A stretch of 64,000 bases of DNA from NCBI RefSeq assembly GCF_009834535.1, contig NC_045697.1:43030001-43094000 (forward strand), written 5' to 3'. The position numbers were made by a program, and so were the translations under genes. The notes under the pieces were generated by a model. The model did not search any database. It was not told where the DNA came from and worked only from the letters and a program-made list of their open reading frames with translations. Positions 24,986 to 38,283 of this stretch are shown piece by piece (within the stretch, counting starts at the first letter, position 1; the number at the start of each line of letters is the position of its first letter). The stretch is from Camelus ferus. Its lineage: Eukaryota.

Positions 24986-26227
24986 CCTCTTGGCTATCTC
25001 TTTCAGACCAGCAAACACTCACCACTCAATTAGTTTATCAAGTAACTAGTTTGCCTCTCTGGATGTCCTTTCTTTAAGATTCTGCCCAATAATGTATCAC
25101 TAACTTGTTAGTTTCAAAATGAGAGTTTGTCTGAAGAGTCTAATCCATCATTGCAAGTGAAATTTCCATCAGTTTGAATATTGTATCTTCCTAATCCTCT
25201 AGTGTTTCTCTCAAAAATCCCTATTACATGAATTTTGACACTTTTTATTCTAAACTCCGTGTTTCTTAAGCTCTCATATTTTCCAACATTATTGGGTTTT
25301 TTTCCCCATGTCTGTCATTGTGAATTTTTAAGTGTAAATTTCACTTCAGTTTCAAAAGAGAAAAGGAAATGAGCAGTATACCCAGAATTAGTGTAAGAGA
25401 GAAGCTCTGTACAAAGATACGAATCCTGACATTAAGATATGGAATTTCTCCCTCCTGCTCATCAAAACCCCCACCCTGTAAAGCACTACCATCACCTGAC
25501 TAGTGGTTGTCACATTTTCCCTAAGCCAACTTTCATCCTCAGCCCCATCTTGGCTTTTCCCTCACCTGCGATCCTTTGTCTCTCTAGAGTGAAGGCAACC
25601 AGGCTGAATAAAAGCAACAGGGTGATTGTGTGATGGGGACCAGTGGCTCCCAGACACTGGGTTAAGAGGCCACCAAATTGATTTCACTTGAGAGCAAATT
25701 CAGGTCTGAACCCAGTTTTTCAGAGGTGAAAGAGATCTATTGATTTTCGTCACAGTCAGTTTAAAACTGAAATGATCGCCATTTTAACTGTGTCGGACTT
25801 AACAGATCTGTTGGAAATGAGTATCGTTGCCTCTGGAAGCTGTTTTTCTTTTGACTGAATTCTGTGTTGTACATCTGCGATGGGACATAAAGTAATCAGA
25901 CAGTGAAAAGCAGCTGGGAACTTCTGTGGTGGCTGTTATTTACCTCTCTAGGTAAATTTAGCCGGCCAGGGAGGGCGAACAGCTAGTTCACAGAAATGTC
26001 TGCAATACCTGAGTTCCTCCGATGGAAGTGAGTCACCTAAACCACTAGATCACCTATGAGCTGAAATCATTTCTGTAAACACCTCAACCATTCCAGCTGT
26101 TACAGAAAGAGTGCTCCTAGGGTCTACAGAAGAGGCATTTCTGAGGGTTGCTGGTTTTAGGGTTTCTTTGCAGAATTTGATTTGGAGCTTAATATTGAAC
26201 TTTAAATAATCACGCCAAGTGAATACA

Positions 26228-26573
26228 CAGTTGACCCTTGAACAACATGGGTTTGGACTACATGGACCCACTTATATATACATGTGGATTTTTTTCTATA
26301 AATACATATATGGACTGTAAACTTATTTTCTCTTCCTTATGATTTTCATGATAACAAGTTCTTTTCTCTAGCTTGCTTTATTGTAAGAATACAGTTATGT
26401 CGTGCACGTAACACATACAATGTGTGTTAATCAGCTGTTTATGTTATAGGTAAGGCTTCCAGTCAACAGTAAGGTATAAATAATTAAGGTGTAGGGGAGT
26501 TCAAGATATATATGGGTTTTTGACTGTGCGGGGGTTGGCGTCCCAAACGCCTACCTTGTTTAAGCATCAGTAG
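26228..26573 (+). mobile_element. Tigger2a-like TcMar-Tigger non-autonomous DNA transposon
   Basis: Left TIR cagttgacccttgaacaacatgggtttg; degenerate right end gactgtgcgggggttggcgtccc…ttgtttaagcatcagtag; internal ttttctctagcttgctttattgtaagaatacag. Confidence 0.9.
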
Positions 26574-27254
26574 CACATATATTAGATTATTTCTGGAAAG
26601 TATAAATAATATTATGACTTTTTCAGTGAACCTAATTACTTCTCTGTATTAGTCCTTCATCTTAGGAAATGTTAGAGTGAAAAAGATTTGATACCTCTTC
26701 AAATGACTAATGTTCAGAATTAGTCTAGCTACATGAGAAATCGTTTTGGGGTTGTTTCCTAGAGATTTAAGTTTTCATAAAATTAGTCTTACTCTTAGAG
26801 AAAATATTTATCATCTTGGTTTTTTGAAAGTAAACAAATAGAATTAACTTCTTTTCTAAAAATTTTGAGCTCTATTTCCAATAGTATTCCAACGATAAGC
26901 TAGTCTGATAGTTTTCCAACACATGTTGGAAAATTCAAGTGATGAATCTGTTCTGTCAATTACAAACAGGTGAATTTTTGGTTGCTGTAAGCTCCCCTTT
27001 CTACTCATCCTCTTCTTTTTAAATCGTTGTCATCGTTATCACCATCATTTCTTCATCACCCGCCATTTTTGCATCTCTATAAAAGATATTTGTGTATTTT
27101 GTGTGTACATGTGTGTGCATATATGTGATACTTTAAAATATAGATAAAATACTGTCATCACTGGGATATGGGTGGTTGTTGCAGTGGTGGTGGGCAGAGA
27201 GAAGGGAAATAAAATTTAGGCACAGTCCTTTCATCCATCAGACTCCATTAACAG

Positions 27255-27400
27255 ATTTATTTATCTCTCACTCAATCCTCAGAACAAAAATGTGAGGTGT
27301 GCATTGTTATTATTCTCATTTGACTGATGAAGAAATGGAAGTTCAAAGATGCTAAGTAACTTGTTTGAGGTGACATAGCCAGTAAGTTGATGGCCATCAG
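27255..27400 (-). mobile_element. MIR SINE
   Basis: ttattattctcatttgactgatgaagaaatggaagttcaaagatgctaagtaacttgtttgaggtgacatagccagtaagt. Confidence 0.8.
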
Positions 27401-28151
27401 GTCTTTTGGAATAGTAAACATTTGCTCTTCCTCAAAACTGGGCAGCTCCAGGCATTCCTGCCAGGCACTTGAGTACAATTATGGCCTGGTCCTGCATTCA
27501 GAGGACGCCTCCACCTGGCAGGGTGACGATGTTTACAGATCAGCATTGTTCCACATTCCTGTGCTTCATCAAAACACTGTACACATCACTAGGTTGTGGT
27601 TGAGTGCTTTACAATTGAATTTTTTCGACCAAGAGTTAGAGTTTGAGCTGTCTTGTAAACAGATATGTTAACCGAAACTGTATAAATTAAGACAGAGCTT
27701 AATAGCCGAATCTATCCAGAAGTTACAAGAGCATTCCCGAGAGTAAATTAACAAGCCTTAAAAACATCCAAGCCCATCCTTAAATTCCTTATCAATGACT
27801 CCTTGATCATTCAAACTGCTCACTATATCTTACTCCCTCTTGTCCTACTTTCAGCTTATGGTTTGATTCTTGTTACTCTGGGTAGGTAAAGAGCCTCTTG
27901 AAATAATTTTTCTGTGTGAATAGAGTGAAGAGGGAAAAGTTAGATCTTATAGGATATGGTCAGGTGAGGGTTAGGTTGTACAAAACCAAACTTTAAAACC
28001 AAATGGATAGAAGGCCAGGGTGCCCTGGCCTCGTGAAAGATTCCAAGGAAGTTCATCTGGTTCTTCCCTGGATAAAGGTCTAAGTGGAATCCACGAGGCT
28101 CTGAATTTTGAAATTGAATAAGTAAAATGGTGTGAGGTCTACTAGACTGGG

Positions 28152-28245
28152 CCAGTGTTCCTTAGCCTGGCTGTGCATTAGTGTCACCTGTGGAGTTTTT
28201 AACAAGGCCTGAATCTCACTGCAGCTCTACTGATTTGGGGTTTTG
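28152..28245. mobile_element. MER5A-like hAT-Charlie fragment
   Basis: ccagtgttccttagcctggctgtgcattagtgtcacctgtggagtttttaa. Confidence 0.55.
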
Positions 28246-28714
28246 GAATATGTGTGTTTAAAAAGCCCTCCCTCCAAAAAATATCATGCAGAGAGAAAGG
28301 GAAAGAGAGAAGAAGGAGGAGGAGGCAGGGGAGGAGAAGGAGAAGAATGGCGAACAAATACTAAACTAGAGAGGGTGACATGCTCACGGTGGGTAAACGG
28401 AGACAAAGGGCAGCATCTGTGCTGGAGCCAGTGTGGGTGTGAACGGGCTCATGATTCTGTGCATCTCGTCCCAACTTCACGTCAGTAACTTCATCTTGGT
28501 TGCTGGAAATTGACCATGGTAGGAGTATTTAAACTACAAAAGTCAAAATACAACTAGCCAGCACCCCCCCCCCCTTCAAAAGCTTATTTACCAGCACACC
28601 ATTTGGGTGCTCTCTGAAACTAAACCAAAACAAAAAAGACCCCAAACACTCTTTCAGTGATGCAACTGCAGCCCGTCTGGCATCCTTCCCCAAATTGGGA
28701 TTCGGCAAGTACTG

Positions 28715-28838
28715 CACTGACAGTAAGCTTCCTGAGGGCAGGGACCATGTCTACCTATATCTTGACTACACACCAAGCATGTAGCTTGGTGCCACATAAA
28801 TGGTAGATGGTAAATCTTTGTTGAATAAATGAATGAAA
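28715..28838 (+). mobile_element. L2 3' tail
   Basis: gtaagcttcctgagggcagggaccatgtc…gtgccacataaatggtagatgg…ttgttgaataaatgaatgaa. Confidence 0.85.
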
Positions 28839-29079
28839 TTCTCATGTTAAAATTTTTTATGCTACCTTAAATTGGGATAGGTGGCAGAGACAAAGCAATG
28901 GAAGAAGATGAAAATACATAGTTAATATTCTGTACAAAACTTCCATTAGCTCCTGTGGGGAGAGGGTATTTAACAAATGGAAAGCATAAGGTCCAAAATT
29001 AATCCCATCTTAACCTCAGGAAATGCATAAGGGAAGAAAATTCACATTACTGATTACACACTGCTACCTGACAGATAGA

Positions 29080-29250
29080 AATGAGATAATAAGTAGATAT
29101 TGACTTCTGTTGAGGTGAACATCAAGATCTATTGACCTGAGAGGTAAATATTGACCGAGGTGAAGTCAAGGTCAATATTTGCCTCAAAGAACAGGAAATC
29201 TTAATGCTCACCAATATATAAAGGTTATATGTGAATTTTTACATACATTT
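29080..29250. mobile_element. Ancient palindromic repeat, Crypton/Eulor (MER135/MER126-like) type
   Basis: Ungapped 43-bp inverted arms 29114-29156 and 29170-29212 (33/43 complementary by hand count) around CCGAGGTGAAGTCAAGG. The family assignment is from recall. Confidence 0.6.
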
Positions 29251-30449
29251 TCCAGGCATAACATCATGAAAGCTCTCTGTTTTATCAAGCAATTCACAAA
29301 AGTTCATTCGAAAATTACAAGTTCTATCACACAGTAACTTTAAAGAATAAGGATTGCTACTTCCTTCTCTGTTGTTGATGTTTTCTGAGCCGTTAGTTAA
29401 AGGGATTTGATATGATCTGATTCTGGTACAGCAAAGGTTAACCAGAGTTTAATAGAACTCAAGCCATCCCTGAGGAGGGCACAAAGAACGTGTTACCGAA
29501 TCTTCATGGTTACCAATGATGTTTTCTCACAACTATCTTTGCCCATCATGAGTCATCTTTCTTTCTGCGATAACACATCTTAATTATAGTCCCAAGGATT
29601 TAGGTCTGCAAGTGTATTCGTCTAATCTTTAGATTCTAATTTATTTCCTGGCTTCAGGGTGGACTCTATCAAAAGATTACCCTAGCCTGGTAAACCCTGG
29701 GCATCATGGATCTCCAAATGAAGTTATTCTGTTGACTCCAGTGGTGAGGAAGAAGGGATGAATCTTTGAAGGGCTGGAGCATTTTAATTGCTCTCCACTC
29801 CTCTGTTCCTTGGAGAATCCCCCATCCCTGTTGCCAGAGACTTGAAACCATCTGGAAGCTAATGTCCAACAACTTCCAGTTCCTCCAGTAACAGAGTGTT
29901 AAGGCCAAGCCAGGAGGGAGCTCCTCTGCAAACTCAGTGACCGCTCTCAGCACCCACGTTACCATCCCTTGGTGCTGCCTCCACTGGTGTAAGTCGTGCT
30001 TAATACTGAGTCATTTGAATAGAATTATCTTCACCAAGCCACCTTTGTTCCTTCTCAACCTCACTTCAGACCAAGAAACCAAACTAGAGGTCCCTCCAAG
30101 CAAAGAGAACATCTGTGGATTCCAACAACACACGCTGGTGGCCCGGCTTCCCCATCAGTTCCCTTAAGCTCCCTGAGGGTAAAGATAGCGCCCTGTACCC
30201 CTTCACTCCTCTTATAGCACTAAAGCAGCACCCTGGGAGTAGACTTTCAACAAAGAAGCACTGAAGGGACCCAGTGAGTAAACTAATGCAAAAGCCCTGC
30301 TCCATGTCTTCTGACTTACTGTCTCCCGCTACCTCAAGGTGTTTGCAGACATGTCCGGAGGACCGGGATGAACAGCGACCAGAGCCTGTGGGAGGATTTA
30401 AACCTCCCCACCCAGGGCCCCCTCCCTCACCAGCTAGGCTCTAATATAT

Positions 30450-31260
30450 GCATTGCCTGATTTTCATACATGCTGATTGCCTAGCGATTTATTCTACAAG
30501 TGCCGAGGAGAAGAGTCACCCCTGGACTAAATGTAAAATCTCTCTTCTCACCAATGTCTAAATCATTGTTTTCTCGCGGCCGAGATCCTGTGGCACACGT
30601 TATTAATAGCTCTGGTCTCTCTACCACTTGACACAGCGCTCCAGCTGTCATTCTGCTCCCTGGCTCGTATGATTCTTGCACTGGTGAAGTGCCAGGCCCG
30701 GGCCCAGCCCATCAGTCACTGTCACCCACCACCCAGTGATGAATAGCCCCGCCGTCGCCGTGGCGAGGCCCGGGCTCTGATTCACACACGCCTGACTTTT
30801 ACCAACTTCAGCACGCCAGCTGAGGCCTATCCCAGCTGAGGAAGGCCGCAGTGACCTGGAAATGGCACCGCCTCTGCTCCCCAGCTCTCCCCCATCCCCT
30901 CCCCGCCTCAGATTAGTTAAAAATGAAACAAATCCTAATGTGATCATGTCACTAATTATGCATTTAATTCAGTTATAAGGAGCTAATGGCTCCCTCAGTG
31001 ACAGCTTTTACTGCTAAAAGGCAATTCATTCCTGAAACGGAGAAATCTAATTACACAAAATGCTTCATCCTAATCCTTTCAAAGAATAATCTTATTTGTA
31101 GACATTAACATCCCAGATGCTGCTGCTGTTTGTCCATTATGACAGTGTTTGTCCTGAATAATGTATAAATAGCTCTTTCTGGACAGTTGCATGTCACTAA
31201 ATCAATACAATTTGCTGCCTTCTGTTACATTAAGTCGGCCTGGGCAGGCGGGAGAAAATT
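30450..31260. promoter_or_regulatory. Candidate conserved enhancer
   Basis: Repeat-free. A CpG-retaining left half and a homeodomain/TALE motif-rich right half. Function is inferred only. Confidence 0.5.
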
Positions 31261-31704
31261 AACCTTTTGTTTTCCTCCCCTCCCCCCTTCTCAGAGGGCC
31301 TTCAGCATTAGAAATGAGCAAAGGATCAAAGGGGCCTGGGGTGGAATTGAAAGGGGACAGTGAGGTGAGAGGGAGTGAAGGAGGCAGGTATGAAGGAAGC
31401 TGCAAGCAGCTGAGGGAGGAAATGTCAGGTGTGGAAACGCCAGGAGATGAACCACAAATGGCAGGTAGGAGAAAATGGCAAACTTCTATAAAGAGCATTT
31501 TGAAATGACTCCAGATGTGGACTGGACCGAACATCTTATGCGGTGATCCTGCGTCACAGACCTCTAAATTCTAAATGATGCTTTCTTTGCAATGGTGCTT
31601 TGATACTTTGTAGAGGGCTCACGGGGTGGGGGCGGCTGGGGGAGGCAGCCAACGTTAAGGGAAAATGATAATTGTATTAATCAGCTGACTGAGACATCCT
31701 TGGT

Positions 31705-31970
31705 CAGAGTAGCATTTATGTGGAAAGCATTCAAGGCACTGCATAACAACAACTTCTATTTGTGTAATTTATGTCTTAACAAAGGACTTACACACAGAGG
31801 TAATTTCATTTGATTTCCACAACCTGGATAGGTAGGCATCAGGGTTCCCATTCCAAAGGTGAGGGAATGGAGGCTAAATGACTTGTCCAAGGTGACGTTA
31901 ACTGCAACTCTTTTAGTTCTTGATTTCGAGTGGAGTCTTTCCATCCCCACACAACTGACTCTCTGCAATG
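31705..31970 (-). mobile_element. MIR SINE
   Basis: tttcatttgatttccacaacctggataggtaggcatc…ccattccaaaggtgagggaatggaggctaaatgacttgtccaaggtgac. Confidence 0.75.
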
Positions 31971-32195
31971 CCAAACCTCTGACTATTCAGGAAGCTCTCC
32001 TGGCAAGTGTGATGTAAGTTTCATTTTAGGGCACCGGCAAAATTCTTGTGAGTGTACACACGCCACCCCCTCCCGTATACACATTCTTTTCCATATAAAA
32101 CAGAGATGGGTGAGTTTTAATATGTAATTATTCAAAGATTGTATGTGTGCAAATATAATTTCTAAATACTACAAGTTCTCTTCTGAAGATTAGAT

Positions 32196-32385
32196 GAGAC
32201 TGACAACATTTTTCTCTAAAGGGCCAGATAGTAAGTATTTTAGGTTTTCTGGGTCACACTGTCTGTCACAACTGCTCAGTTCTGCGTCATAGAACAAAAG
32301 CAGCCATAGACAATAAGTAGACCGATGGGTGTGGAAGAGGCGGCAGGCTGCATCTGGTCTTTGGGCTGTAGTTTGCAGACCCCTG
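32196..32385 (+). mobile_element. MER58A (hAT-Charlie MITE)
   Basis: taaagggccagatagtaagtattttagg…aaagcagccatagacaata…gtagtttgcagacccctg. Near-perfect 8-bp TSD GATTAGAT (32188-32195) / GATTAGAG (32386-32393). Confidence 0.92.
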
Positions 32386-34509
32386 GATTAGAGGATATTT
32401 CAAAAATTTTTTGTTAATCTAAACAGTTTTACCTGACTTGTAAATTTTACCTTTGCTCCCTTCACATTATTACGCTTGTTCCCCGTCACTGCTTTGTTTT
32501 TCTTAATCTTGTCTCAGAAGAATACAGGCATCTGGCTTCATACAAACCCCATAAAGAGAGGGTCCTGCAAATAGAAGCAAAATTGATAAAGTGGATTATG
32601 ATGTTTTCTATTCTCCTTGCCTTTGCTTGTTTTCTATCTAGCTCACAACCATTGCTCTTGGGTGTGGGGGCCAGCATTCAGTTTCATAGCTACTCTACTG
32701 GCTGGTTTCTGTTTATGCTTTTGTTCTGTTTCAGTGCAGGAGTAGGAGGAGGGGAGAGGGACACGGTATTAGAGTGAGCTTCCACTGTGTGAAACCTCCT
32801 GCTCGAAGCCTGTTTTAATGCATTGCAGCAAAGGAAAGATCACTATAAGGCAGAGCTATTTTAAAAAGGGATTTAGGTCAGTGAGCCACTCGAATGCTGT
32901 GCCAGAGAGGAGTGTCATCTTTCACAGGGTCTAAGGACAATAGCATCATGAGGTTTCAGGGTAGAAATGGAAGTCAGGTAAGAAAACAAGTCAAGGACGG
33001 GGTCCCATCAGAGATGCAGACATGTACGCTCGTTGATTTGCTTCTCAAGCTCATGTCACGTCATGAATGACATCAGAGCCTTACGACAAATATGATCTTC
33101 ATTATCCAGAGGCTGCCCGGCAGACCTGCTTAGAGGCCCACAGCCAGCATGCATTGGTGGATGCAGGGACCTATTTTGGATAGCCCTTCTATCAGCGATG
33201 GAAAAGAAAAATATTGTCGAAAGTTGGTCTTGAGAGCAAAAATCAAATGACAAAATAAAAAAGCATTGAAGCTTGCCTTTGATGAAAGTAAACAGAGCAC
33301 CCCGGAGGTGCATGGATTTGTACTGCATTTGAGGGGTCCTTGTGGAGGAGGTCAGAACATTCTTTGCTAGTCTTTTAGTCTAGCTCTTTATCTTGTGTTA
33401 TATTCCTTGACTGCTAGGCTAAAGTGTGGTTTTTCTTGCCTCCCTCCTATTTCCATGAAAGTATGTGAGAGCATCTCTTTTGAAAGTAAGCCTAAACATG
33501 GCATCATAAGGTTCACTCTTGGGGAAAGGCTTCAGTGTCAAATTCTTATACAAGCTTCTTCCTGGGGAGGCTTTGAGTTTGTGTTTGAATGTGAGTTGTT
33601 GGATTTCATTGGAGTGAACCTTTCAGCATCTAAGAAGAGAGCATTAAGTCCTTGGCTTTGTAGTGTCTACATTTGTCAGACTTTCAGAAACGGTTGTGAT
33701 CAGTCAAACTGACCATATTAATAATCTCATTACTACTAGGAATATGAGACTTTAGAAGTAAACTTAATCCATCATCAATAGAGCATAGGCAAATATTAAT
33801 CCAACATAATAATCTCTTCTCTGGAAACAGGCAGGACTTCTCTGATGGTATTAGGATTTACTGTGGGAAAGGAGGTAGAATAGGATGAGCTGCAGGGCAG
33901 AAAGTATTATTCCTGGAAAGTAATTTATTTGGGGTGCCCCTTTAAAGCATCAGGGCCAGTGTCCCTGAAGAGGGCTCCGATTAGCTGATGTGGTTGATTG
34001 GGCCTTAATCCATCACTGCTTGAGCCCCCTCAACTGTGTTATCACCCGGGATTTGTCTGGCTACATATGATTTCACACATCTGTCATCTAAATCACAGAT
34101 CCAAATTCAAAGTCCAGCACTAGAAGACGTCACAGGCATTTGTGAAAATCCTTGGAGGAACTTGGGACCATAAATCAATGGATGGATTACAGTTCAATAG
34201 TACAACTGTCTCATTTATGATGAAATGATGTTGTCCACATGAATGCTTAGGTATTATGGTGATGAAGCCATAAACGTGTATATGAGAGTAAATCTTTGGT
34301 TCTTCCTTAGACCAGTCTCTGAGTACTGTCTCCTAGACAAGAACCTTGTTGATGAAGATCAACCTGAAAAAAAATAAGCCACAGGAAAGCTTACTCGGGA
34401 CTAGCTTTGTGAATGGGCCAGAGAAGCCCTTTTTATTTTTATTTTTAAGATGGAAAAGTAGTAGTAATGTTTTCAAATATTTAGCAACAAATATTTCTCC
34501 AATGTTTGC

Positions 34510-34660
34510 TGTAACTGTAAGTACTTTATATGTATTATGTCAGGAAACTGAGTCTCAGAGAGATGAATCACTTGCCCAGTGTACACAGCTCTGCATTCAA
34601 TGCAGAGTCAGGATTTGAACCTAAGTCTTCCTGACTCCAACTTTGTGCCTCCCCACAATG
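34510..34660 (-). mobile_element. MIR SINE
   Basis: ggaaactgagtctcagagagatgaatcacttgcccagtgtacacagc…caggatttgaacctaagtcttcctgactcca. Confidence 0.85.
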
Positions 34661-35517
34661 TAAGGAAAGTCCACATCAGGCTTTTGCTTGATTTCAGAAG
34701 CAAAGTGACAGGAGTCAGAATTTTTAAAGTATGTCCTGTAACGTGAGAGTTTTGTCAAGTCAAATATTCTATTTGTTGGCTCTAAGAATTGCAGAAAACA
34801 TCTTGGGAAGAGAGTCACTGAGAATGCTTCCGGCTAGGACCCAGCTCTCCCACTGGCCCACTGAGCATGCCTGGCACCAGCATGCTGTAAATACTGATAC
34901 AATGGATTGAAAGCCAGTAAGCCTAGAGTGAGTGTCCTTGAAGCCATCTTGGAAGAGATCCCTTGGATAGGAGAGAGCTTTACAAATTTCCAGTGAGATC
35001 ATTTTTGATCATCACATTGTAAAGCAAAGTAAAATAAGAAAACAAAACAACATAAAACAAGGCTGGAATTGTTGCATTTCAGGTATCAGTTCAGCGTTAC
35101 CCTGATGGCAGGATCTAAAAGTACTGCTAGCTAGCTGGCTTTTGGGAAGTGGGGCCTTTATAAAGGAATTTTAATGGTTTGTTAACTTCCTTGGGAACAG
35201 GAAGATTTTTCTCCTTTCCATACTCCCCATAATTGGGCATTTACGTTTTTTTTTTTTTTTTTTCCTGATTGAGATTGAAGTGTGACAGACTGAAGAAGCT
35301 TTCACTGGCTGATGTTTTCATGGAAGGAAAATTTTATAGATCTGCATTCTTTCATTTCATGAAGATAGTAACTTTCCATGAGAGCCTGTCTATGTAGTCA
35401 ACGTAGATTTCTTTGATCATTATTTCTCTTCTCAGATTGAAATACTAACTTATGAAGTAATACTTGAAGATGATATTTTGCTTTTGTCTTTGTCACTTAA
35501 AGACCTGTTATTTAATT

Positions 35518-35770
35518 AAAATAGCAAATATCTAGTGAGCCTTTATTATGCTCCCGGTGCCATGCTAACTGTTTTATCTGCACTATCTCATTTTTTTTTC
35601 CTCACAGCAATCCTATGATGTAGCTATATTATCACCCCACGTTAGAGATGAGGAAACTGAGGTTCCAGCAGGATAGGTAACCTGCACAAGACTATATACC
35701 TAATTAGTGGCAGAGTCAGTATTTGAACTCAGATCTGGCTGACTTCAAACCCCTTTCTCTTAATCATCTT
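35518..35770 (-). mobile_element. MIR SINE, near full length
   Basis: cctcacagcaatcctatgatgtagc…agatgaggaaactgagg…gtggcagagtcagtatttgaactcagatctggctgacttcaaa. Confidence 0.9.
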
Positions 35771-37898
35771 CTCTTGCCTTTTAATATCTGAGAAAATTAA
35801 TGCCTATAAGAAGTGTGAATGTTGAAAGCAGTTGTGGACCTCAGGGATATTGTATAGCTGAGAGAAACCTTAAAGATCACTTCTTGTCTTTATTTTACTA
35901 ATAGATAAATCAAAATAGGAGATTATGGCTGTATCAATTGACATTAAATGCTTGTATCAAACTGGTTAAATAATCCAGTCATTTTACTCATTATCAAACG
36001 AGAAAAAATATTGATTAAACGAACTTTCTACTTTTCCGTTGGTTATTCTCACATACGTAAAATGAACTCACCTTCAGATGAAGCATCAAGATCATAAATA
36101 TGTTGTAAAACTGATGATTCAAACTGTTTTAGATTTCTGCTCTATGCAACATGATGCTTATTTATGCTTCTGAAAGTGAAAAACACAATTCTCTTCCCTT
36201 TATATACTCCCTTATTTAATTCAGAGGCTACCCAACGTCAAACAGCTTTGGCAGTTTTGTTTTAGCTGAACTGAGTATAGAGATACCCAAAGTCAGTTTC
36301 ACCCTTGAGGGTTGCAAGGTTTCCTTTGCACCTGGGCAAACGTCTCTGTTTTCCCTGTACTTATCTTTGAAGTAGTCATGCTTGTTTAAATATTAAGTTC
36401 TCTAACTCCATAAGCTTTTGTCAGCTCCAATGCCTTTGAGCCTCTCATCTAGAACCAAGAGGTTGAGCAGACTCGAGGCTTCCATATCCTATGCAGATGG
36501 ATCAGTCCTAGAATCAACCCTCTTGCATTTCACTTCTCTTTGAAAAGCTACCCGAATCCTACACACTCATGATAAATTAGAATCAGATCAGCTTCTCCCT
36601 CCCTGCATCCTCCCTCTCCCCCCAAAAGATTATTGTTATTGGGACTGATTTAAGAGACAGAGTACACGCATCTCAGTGTTCAGATCTTGCGTTGACCTGA
36701 CAGTGCCCGCATCTATGAAAAGCATTGCTTGACCTAGACACTGAGGTGGTTTATATAGAGGCTACTGACAGGGAATCAACTTGAAAGCCCCAACATGCCT
36801 TTTCCAGAGTCACTTTTCATATTGCAACTGCAATTCACACGTATTTGCCCTGCTGCCCCATCAGGCATTATGAGAGAGCCAGGAAACCTGGAACTCAGAC
36901 ATTATGGGAAAATAAAAGGAAGTTATTTTATGTTGTTCAATAATGTTTGTATCACTGTCTTTGAGGTAGGCTAATTCATATACTTTGCAGAAGACTATTT
37001 ATGAATTACTAGCTTGGGATTCCAAATTTGACTTAAGAAATGTAACTTTAGTTGATGGATTCAATTTGCAATTCAAATGAATATTTTGTACATCTGCCCG
37101 GAGTCTTTAAGTCAATAGGCTTAAATAAGTAAACAAAAACTTCTCCAATTATTTTCATAACTTTCTCTTGACTATGATACCCCAAGTCATTATGACCGGA
37201 AGTAACATCAACAGCTTAACTATATTTTTCTATTCTTTGAGCTAAAATGTGCCATTTATATTTACCTTTCTGATGCCCCTTTCACCATGTAAAATATTTC
37301 CAGAGAAGTTTTTGTTCAATTTTCTCTTTCATCCTGTTCATTTTATTGTTTGCAAATAATATTTAGGTTGAACCTATTTATTCGCTTAATTTATGATGAA
37401 ATCATTGTTTTTTGTTTTTACAAAAGACTAAGAAGGTGATTATCTGGAGAAAACACAAGATTAGACTCAGGATAAAGGTAGTGGCATCAAATTTTAGTTA
37501 CGTCTGTGTTGAGAGGATTGGGATAGTTCAAGGTGGTTCTTCATCTTAAAGAAATCGGAAACTCAGAAGACAATCATGAAATATCTATTCCAATTATTCT
37601 TGCCTCGTCCCACAGAGAAGACTCAGGATCAGGACTCCTGAGACCAGCAACATGTGACATTATCCTTTCAAAATTCATATCAGAGCTTATAGAATGTTAG
37701 AAATGAAAGAGAACATGTATTTCAAACTTCACGCTCTAGAGATAAGTAAACTCTGTTCCAGAAAGGTTAAGTTAGTAGTCTGATGTGTATAGCTCATAAC
37801 AGAGCTCAGATCACGTTCTCTGCTTCCATGGCTGGCTTGGCCTTGGGATGTTGATCTATTTATTGGCCTTGGCTTTGCCCCTTAAATCTATTCTTTTG

Positions 37899-38283
37899 TT
37901 CATTCATTCATTCATTCATCCATCCATCCAACACCTAATATGCACCATGCTGTGTGCAAAACTCCAGGATACAGAAGAAAACAGGCAAAGCCCCTGACTT
38001 CATTCAGTTAATATCCTAGAGGGAGAAGATAGAAAAAAATAAATAACTAATATAATGTTAAGTAGTGATTGGTCTTGAAGGAAAATTAATGCAGGGTGAG
38101 ATGTTAGTGCTAGGCTGAAAGGAGGCACCATTTTGATAGGATAGTCGGAGAAAGCATCACTTGATCACAGGGCATTTGAGCAAAGACCTGAAAAAGTGAG
38201 GGACAAGAGCTATCCAGATTTTTAGGGAAAAAGTGCTCTAAGCAGAGAGGACAAGTGCAAAGGCCCTGAGGCAGGGTGTGCTG
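37899..38283 (-). mobile_element. L2 3' region
   Basis: Antisense (TTCA)n tail, then …catttgagcaaagacctgaa…gtgcaaaggccctgaggcaggg. Confidence 0.88.

Noticed and set aside
26912..26933. 10-bp inverted repeat TTTTCCAACA-ca-TGTTGGAAAA
   Set aside because: Isolated, and plausible by chance in 64 kb of AT-rich DNA.
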